Notes under the pieces: generated by a model
Told to the model about the DNA's origin: nothing
The model's database searches: none
What the model saw: only the letters and a program-made list of their open reading frames with translations
Assembly: GCA_930991035.1 (NCBI GenBank)
Contig: CAKNRV010000002.1
Coordinates: 19,134 to 83,133 of the forward strand
Direction: 5' to 3'
From: an uncultured Clostridium sp.
Lineage (GTDB): Bacteria > Bacillota > Clostridia > TANB77 > CAG-508
DNA length: 64,000 bases
Translations under genes and position numbers: made by a program
Shown here: positions 58,324 to 64,000 of the stretch, in pieces
Numbering within the stretch: position 1 is the first letter of the stretch
Layout of the letters: each line of letters opens with the position of its first letter

Positions 58324-60207
58324 TTATCTATGTAGGGCATTATCTGCCTCCTCCACCTCCTCCGGCCACCGGCCTCCGCCGCCTCCGCCAGAGAAGCCAC
58401 CTCCACCACCTGTTCCAGATGAGTATGACGTTGACATTGACGAGCTTACACTTCTACTTATACTTGAAGAAAAATTACTATGATACATAAAATACATATA
58501 TGTAGAAGTATTTACAGAACTTAGTTCGTCTATGTTTGGATAAATTGTTTTTAATTGTTTTAGAACTTTATCCGAAATTCCAAATGCGGTAGCATATACT
58601 AAATAGTGCTCCCACACTTCTATTGCAGGTACTTCTTTTTCATTTAATAATGAAAAGTCTTCCATATATTTTTTTAGGCCTTTCCATTTTTCTTTTTCAT
58701 TAATACCTTTTTGTGTAAGTACATTTATCCTTTTTCTAATCTTTAGACATAGTATTCCATTAATTAGCAAAATTGCAGCTAGTGGAAATGCCCAGCTAAA
58801 TGTCATAAATGCGCCAAAGAAATATGCACCACAAATATTACCGTATTTTTTATGTTCTTCTTTTGCTGTTTTAGTGTATTTTCCATCTTTTAATAATTCA
58901 TTTTCTATATCTTTTTCAGTTTGCTTTATTAATTTCTGAACTGAAGACGAATGTGAGGTAATATATTTTTCTAAATCTTTTATCTCTATTTCTTTTTTTG
59001 ATTTATATGCATTACTTATAAAGTTTAGTATTGCTTGTTGTTCTCTTTTTAGAGAATCGTCTATTCTTTTTACCTTTATTATATAAATTTTTTCTTTCTT
59101 TTTATCTTCTTTCTCCACTCTTAAATCTAAACAGCCTTTAAGCTTTAAGTCTAGTATTGTTGCAGAAAATATTTTTCCAAATTTGCTAGTAAAAGAATTA
59201 TATGGTTCTTCCAGTATATATACCGCTTCTCCAGGGGTTGTATTTTTTTCTGGTAATTCTCTATAATATTCCAATTCCTGTTCTGGTTTATATTTTTTTA
59301 TGCTTTTTAATTTTTTTACATACTTTATTGTTTTTATCAAGAATACAATTCCTACTATTACTGTTATTAATAAAAATATTCCTGCAATAACGTCGTCTTT
59401 TATTTCTTCCCATTGTCTTCTAGCGTTTGCCTGATTAGCCCATTTGGTTTCTTCTTTTACTACTTCTTCATATCTATCTTCATTATATGTCCTGTTTGTA
59501 TTAGTTATCATATCCTTTGGAAATAGGCTTCTTACTTCTACATATCTGCCAGAAATAAAATTATTTACTTCAAATGTTATCTCATTTAAAGCTGTAACAT
59601 ATATTTCTCCATTTAAGTTTTCCGTGTGTCCCCACACTTTTATGTCGTCTAAATTATTTGCATCTTCCGGTAAAATAATTGTGCCTGTTATTTCGTCTGC
59701 ATCTATTTCAAAGTTCTCTCCTACAAATTGCCAATATAATTCTGCATAGTCATTATATTTAGCAATTGCATCCTTTACGGTATAGGAAATTTCATAAGTT
59801 CTTCTGTCAAAAGTATCATCTAACCCTACTCCCCAAGCAATTTCAAATTTTCCTTTTGAATTTACTAGTCCATAATAACAATCTTTTGTTACGTGATACA
59901 TTTCTTCATTTATGTCTGTAAATTCTTTGCTTGTTCCATCTGTTATTTCTTTTACTTTTACATTTGTTATTTCTGAGAATTTATCCTCGTCCATCTCAAA
60001 TGTTTTGTACAATGTATTTGTGTACCTTATGTCTATATCCCAAGTTTCTACTACGTCCATACTTCCATCTGGATTTATTGTGGCTTTAAAATCAAGTGCG
60101 TTTAAATTTAGGTATGAGCCAACTGCATTAGAATACGTTGAAAATTGCATAAGTAGCACAAGTACTATAAATATTAAGATAACAATTTTTTTTATTCTTT
60201 TTAGCAT
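58324..60207 (-). CDS. DUF2207-family membrane protein with Gly-rich C-terminal tail
   Basis: Signal peptide, large ectodomain, TM, cytoplasmic Lys-rich region, second TM block, and a C-terminal SSGTGGGGGFSGGGGGG tail. Confidence 0.75.
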   Translation of the reverse strand: MLKRIKKIVILIFIVLVLLMQFSTYSNAVGSYLNLNALDFKATINPDGSMDVVETWDIDIRYTNTLYKTFEMDEDKFSEITNVKVKEITDGTSKEFTDINEEMYHVTKDCYYGLVNSKGKFEIAWGVGLDDTFDRRTYEISYTVKDAIAKYNDYAELYWQFVGENFEIDADEITGTIILPEDANNLDDIKVWGHTENLNGEIYVTALNEITFEVNNFISGRYVEVRSLFPKDMITNTNRTYNEDRYEEVVKEETKWANQANARRQWEEIKDDVIAGIFLLITVIVGIVFLIKTIKYVKKLKSIKKYKPEQELEYYRELPEKNTTPGEAVYILEEPYNSFTSKFGKIFSATILDLKLKGCLDLRVEKEDKKKEKIYIIKVKRIDDSLKREQQAILNFISNAYKSKKEIEIKDLEKYITSHSSSVQKLIKQTEKDIENELLKDGKYTKTAKEEHKKYGNICGAYFFGAFMTFSWAFPLAAILLINGILCLKIRKRINVLTQKGINEKEKWKGLKKYMEDFSLLNEKEVPAIEVWEHYLVYATAFGISDKVLKQLKTIYPNIDELSSVNTSTYMYFMYHSNFSSSISRSVSSSMSTSYSSGTGGGGGFSGGGGGGRWPEEVEEADNALHR

Positions 60208-60350
60208 ACCCCTTCTCCTTTTCTAATTTTAATTCTATATATTTTATATATGAATTTTTTATAATTATATCATATAAATTTAGAATATTTTACTATTTTT
60301 TTGCATATAATTATATTAATAAGATTTTTATACAAATTCCTCTTCTAGTA

Positions 60351-60379
60351 TTGACACATTCGTTTTAAAGTAGTATAAT
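60351..60379 (+). promoter_or_regulatory. Canonical sigma-A promoter (TTGACA-17-TATAAT) driving tRNA-fMet
   Basis: TTGACA at 60351-56 and TATAAT at 60374-79. The tRNA 5' end is 17 nt downstream. Confidence 0.6.
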
Positions 60380-60396
60380 TAATTTTGTTGATACAT

Positions 60397-60472
60397 CGCG
60401 GGGTGGAGCAGTTGGCAGCTCGTTGGGCTCATAACCCAAAGGTCGGAGGTTCGAGTCCTCCCCCCGCAACCA
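60397..60472 (+). tRNA. Initiator tRNA-fMet (CAT)
   Basis: CGCGGGGTGGAGCAGTTGGCAGCTCGTTGGGCTCATAACCCAAAGGTCGGAGGTTCGAGTCCTCCCCCCGCAACCA shows the C1 mismatch and three G-C pairs in the anticodon stem, typical of the initiator tRNA. Confidence 0.9.
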
Positions 60473-60519
60473 AATTGAATTTTTATTTAAGAGGATGTTC
60501 CTAAAAACATTCATATAAA

Positions 60520-60551
60520 AAGATTTTACTAGGAATAGTAAAATCTTTTTT
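60520..60551 (+). terminator. Terminator after tRNA-fMet (AAGATTTTACTA-ggaa-TAGTAAAATCTT + TTTTT)
   Basis: 12-bp perfect stem plus T-run. Confidence 0.65.
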
Positions 60552-60625
60552 CTATAAGATAGATTTTGTTTTAAAATTATTGTTAATAACTTTTAGTGTA
60601 TTATAACAATTTTATATAAAGGAGT

Positions 60626-60907
60626 GTGTTTTGTATGATGTATCCGTATGTAAAATATTCTGACGGCACAGAAGTCGTTTTTTCCAATATATATATTGAC
60701 AATGGACAAGAATGTATTGATGTTCATTTTGAAAGGCCTACCGAAAATGGATTTGACTCTGTTAGAATAAAATTACCTACTTATGAAGTAACTGTTTGGG
60801 AAGGTAATTATACTGATGAAGAAATTGAGTTCTTTAAGCAAGTAGTCAAGAATAGTTCCGATCTATTTTATAAATATGCCAAAGAGGGAGGTCTTAAATT
60901 TGCCTAG
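60626..60907 (+). CDS. Hypothetical small protein (93 aa)
   Basis: ORF with upstream AAAGGAG. No family recognised. Confidence 0.35.
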   Translation: MFCMMYPYVKYSDGTEVVFSNIYIDNGQECIDVHFERPTENGFDSVRIKLPTYEVTVWEGNYTDEEIEFFKQVVKNSSDLFYKYAKEGGLKFA

Positions 60908-60981
60908 TATTTTTGAAAGTAGCCCAAACCATACAGTTGTATGATTGGGCTTTGTTGTCATTCTAATAAGCTATTTTAAGT

Positions 60982-61608
60982 TTAATCAACACCTCCATAT
61001 TTATGATTGAAATCAATCATAAATGGCTGAAATTTTCTCTTCAGCCTCCGAATCTGAGTTGAACTGTAAATTCTGCAAGAGAATAGCAGTTCACAATTAT
61101 CTGTTTGATTAAGATTTATTACCCTATAATGAGCAAAGCTCATATAGTCTGGCTTTTTAGTTGCCAGATAAACCTCATCTCCAACATTCAGTTCATAAGA
61201 TTCTTGGTCGTGAACCGTTATGTTGTTCGAGATCACCCATATATTCCTGTACGATGTACAGAAATTTTGCAACACCAACTTATTTTCTTCTCTTCTGGCT
61301 GGCAAAAGAGTAATAACTCTCTTTGGATATTCTTTGAACTCTTTTTGGGGTTGAGTTTCACTTTGTACTTCCTGTGCTTTTAGAGATTCACTCTCTTCCT
61401 TTTTCTTTTTGAGTTTCTCTTTATTTCCCTCAAGCTGTTTAATAATGCGTTTAGCAACCCTAGGGTGCTTTTCCAGACTTGTTTTAACTTGCATTTCAGA
61501 CAGTCCAAGTTCTTTTCCAATTGCGGTGATTGAAGTTACCGGCTTCGTGTTTACGATCATCCGGATATACTGGTAATCTCTTTCAATTTCTTTTGATGTT
61601 CTTCTCAT
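60982..61608 (-). CDS. Putative DNA-binding protein (N-terminal HTH) of unknown function
   Basis: ITAIGKELGLSEMQVKTSLEKH looks like an HTH. The C-terminal domain is unknown. Confidence 0.4.
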   Translation of the reverse strand: MRRTSKEIERDYQYIRMIVNTKPVTSITAIGKELGLSEMQVKTSLEKHPRVAKRIIKQLEGNKEKLKKKKEESESLKAQEVQSETQPQKEFKEYPKRVITLLPARREENKLVLQNFCTSYRNIWVISNNITVHDQESYELNVGDEVYLATKKPDYMSFAHYRVINLNQTDNCELLFSCRIYSSTQIRRLKRKFQPFMIDFNHKYGGVD

Positions 61609-61805
61609 AATTTTTTCCTCTTCTTCTCATTTGTAAATTTATGGGTGAATGATTAATTACTTAAACTATCTCCTTCTTTCTTTTAGCTCAATTCGAGCTT
61701 ATTTGGCATAAATTGACATAATATGCCTATAATGCAATTATAGCACAATCTAAATGTTTTGTAAAGTTTTTAATATGTTCAAATTTTGACAATCTTTTTT
61801 ATTAT

Positions 61806-62690
61806 TTACATCTCTATCTCTATTATTAAATCACCATTTTGATATTTTGCCAGAATTTTTCCTCCATTTAGTTCAATTAATTGTTTTGCAATTGAAAGTC
61901 CTATTCCAGTGGACTTTTTAGCATTTTCCACTGTAAAATATCTGTCAAAAATTTTTTGTACTGTTGTTGCATCTAATGATTCTGCTTTATTTGAAAAAGT
62001 TATTTTTCCGTTATCTTCCAGTTTTACTTTAAAATTTCCATCACTATATTTACTTACATTTGAAAGAATGTTCTCAAACACTCTAGTCATTGTGTTTTTA
62101 TCTATGTTTCTATATATTTTTTCTTTGCAGATGTCAATTTCTGGGACTATATTGTTAGCTTTAAAAATGCTATAAAAGCTTACTAAAGTTTCTTCTATAA
62201 TTTCGTTTATGCTGTGTGTCTCTTTTTTTATATGTGTAGGTGTGTCCATTATTTTTGAATAATTAAATAGTTGCTCTGTAAGCAGTGTTAGATCATTTGC
62301 TTTTCTTTCTATTATTTCTAAATATTTTTGTTTTTTATGTTCATCTGCTTCTTCTTTAATCAAATCCATATATCCAATTATTCCAGTAAGCGGAGTCCTT
62401 ATGTCGTGTGAGATATTTGTTATTGTTCTTTTTAATTCTTGATTTCCATTCTGGTATTGCAATTTCTGTTTTCTTAAATCCTGAAGATTTTTATTTAGTA
62501 TTTGAGCAATTTTTCTAATATCTTTATCAGAGGTAGATATTGAAATTAAATTATTTGTATCTTCTTTTAATATTTGTTCTAATGATATTTCTATTTCTTT
62601 AAGGGATTTTTTCATTAAGTACAATTTAATCAAAAGATACAAAATTGCAATTCCAAGAACTGCAATTATTATAAAGACTTTAACATTCAT
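61806..62690 (-). CDS. Sensor histidine kinase (single N-terminal TM, HisKA + HATPase_c)
   Basis: H-box ISHDIRTPLTGIIGY and G-box GIGLSIAKQLIELNGG. Confidence 0.8.
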   Translation of the reverse strand: MNVKVFIIIAVLGIAILYLLIKLYLMKKSLKEIEISLEQILKEDTNNLISISTSDKDIRKIAQILNKNLQDLRKQKLQYQNGNQELKRTITNISHDIRTPLTGIIGYMDLIKEEADEHKKQKYLEIIERKANDLTLLTEQLFNYSKIMDTPTHIKKETHSINEIIEETLVSFYSIFKANNIVPEIDICKEKIYRNIDKNTMTRVFENILSNVSKYSDGNFKVKLEDNGKITFSNKAESLDATTVQKIFDRYFTVENAKKSTGIGLSIAKQLIELNGGKILAKYQNGDLIIEIEM

Positions 62691-62737
62691 TAATCTTACC
62701 TCCTTATTTATAGCACAACAATTAACACTCTATAACT

Positions 62738-63557
62738 TTACTTCAATTCCTTTTTACTAAACAAATATATCCCTACTAAATTTACAATTACAATAAATGT
62801 AATCGAATATGCCGGCATCTGATTCATATATTCTGGTTCTGCATTTGATATTTCTCCGGCTTGAGCTTGTGGTAAGAACATATAAATAGTTCTTGCTATT
62901 TTTATTTTTTGCTCTCCTGGATAGCTATAATTTGGTTCTTGGCTAACGATTGTTCTAACTCCGTTTTCGTCAGTTGAATAAGTATAATGATATGGTTCTT
63001 GATTTATTACCAATGATAGAGAACTGCTTAGTATGAACATTCCTATAAAAAGGAGTATACAAACTGTTGTAGATATTGTTATTTCTGAACATAGCATTGT
63101 TATAAAATTAAATAATGAGCAAAATGCTATTATAACTAGCACTGCATTTACAATGTTTAATACTATCTCAGATGTAGTCATTTCCGGAAGTCCTTTTGTA
63201 GGTATTCCTACAATTAAAATTATTGCTGTATAAATTATTTCGCATAGTATTGATGTTACAATGCATACAATAAGGTTTGATAGATAAATAGATGTTCTGC
63301 TATGACCGTACTATTACTTTATTTCTTAGTATTCCATCAGAGTATTCTTTTCCAACAAATATGCTAACAAATATTGAAATAAGTAATCCTATAAAAGTTA
63401 AATACTGGTTTATAAGTCTTTCCATTGATACATTGCTAGATTTCAACATAAATATTGCAATTCCTATGCTCAAAAATATAAATAACCAAAACATAATATC
63501 TTTTTTTAGTCTATAAAAATCTGCTTTTAATATTTTATACATTTTCCCCACCTCCAA
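62738..63557 (-). pseudogene. ABC-2-type transporter permease, interrupted by a frameshift near 63300-63310
   Basis: The N-terminal 85 aa (63300..63557) end at a stop. The reading frame continues uninterrupted in another frame (…YGHSRTSIYLSNLIVCIVTSILCEIIYTAIILIVGIPTKGLPEMTTSE…) into ORF 62738..63181. Confidence 0.45.
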
Positions 63558-64000
63558 TTAGATTTATATAATAGTTTTCTAGTGATTCTTCTTTTTCTTG
63601 AAATTCGTCTATTACACAATTTCTATTTGAAAGTGCTATTGCAAGTTCCGAAATATTCATTTTGTCATATATATTTATTATTTTATCTGATATTACTTCA
63701 TACTGAATGCCTTTTTCTTCTAAATATTTAACACATTCTTTTTCGTTACTTACTTTTATTTCGATTTTTCTTTTACATTTTTGTTCTAGGTCTTGTTTAC
63801 TTATTTCTTGAATGATTTTTCCTTTATTTACGAACCCATAGTGTGTTGCAATTTTGGATAACTCGTCTAAATAGTGACTTGATATTAAAAATGTAATTCC
63901 TTTTTCTTTATTTAATTTTAATATTAATTCTCGTATTTGTATAATTCCTTCTGGGTCTAGCCCATTTATTGGCTCGTCCAATATAAGAATATCTGGATTT
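63535..64000 (-). CDS. ABC transporter ATP-binding protein (partial; N-terminal part beyond window end)
   Basis: Walker B/D-loop ILILDEPINGLDP and the H-loop region. The ORF remains open to the window edge. Confidence 0.75.
   Translation of the reverse strand, partial: NPDILILDEPINGLDPEGIIQIRELILKLNKEKGITFLISSHYLDELSKIATHYGFVNKGKIIQEISKQDLEQKCKRKIEIKVSNEKECVKYLEEKGIQYEVISDKIINIYDKMNISELAIALSNRNCVIDEFQEKEESLENYYINLIGGGENV

Overview
This is an AT-rich (roughly 28-30% GC) chromosomal segment that looks like it comes from a spore-forming, anaerobic, low-GC Firmicute of the Clostridia class. Supporting genes are cwlD, a Spo0E-like regulator, the anaerobic ribonucleotide reductase nrdDG, a Crp/Fnr regulator, and WalRK. 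From 1 to about 48 kb almost every gene is on the minus strand. The window contains, in order:
- a WalR/WalK two-component pair, the WalK gene truncated by the window edge;
- a twice-frameshifted giant cyclic-beta-1,2-glucan-synthase-like gene (GT84 + GH94);
- a radical SAM/SPASM gene with no obvious partner;
- a NUDIX hydrolase, cwlD, and a DUF4143 AAA ATPase abutting an XRE helix-turn-helix fragment;
- a REC-GGDEF protein whose motifs are degenerate;
- a 1645-aa surface protein built of DUF11-type repeats, containing about 1.8 kb of near-identical tandem DNA repeats;
- tRNA-Cys, tRNA-Gly and tRNA-fMet;
- a D-Ala-D-Ala carboxypeptidase;
- a ~16.5 kb Gram-positive-type type IV secretion (conjugation-like) block;
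- a Spo0E-like gene, a pair of M16 peptidases, rpsU (missed by the ORF track), cysK, a RelE/Phd toxin-antitoxin pair, a DUF45 metallohydrolase and a dGTPase with an unusual structured leader;
- a degenerate SOD-like remnant, a DUF2207 membrane protein, and a histidine kinase plus ABC transporter module that is frameshifted and partial.

The most interesting candidate is the type IV secretion block. It contains three tandem VirB2-pilin-like genes, VirB3/PrgI-like, VirB4, VirB6-like and a 1028-aa VirB1-like wall hydrolase. No relaxase, coupling protein or integrase is visible anywhere in the window.

Several short repeat families also recur:
- palindromic terminator hairpins;
- 11-bp-period TGTAAYATT triplets flanking the pilin-like genes;
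- a conserved leader motif shared by the M16 genes and genes at the tail of the secretion block;
- a dGTPase-leader motif that also occurs at a second locus with no ORF, in front of a related terminator.
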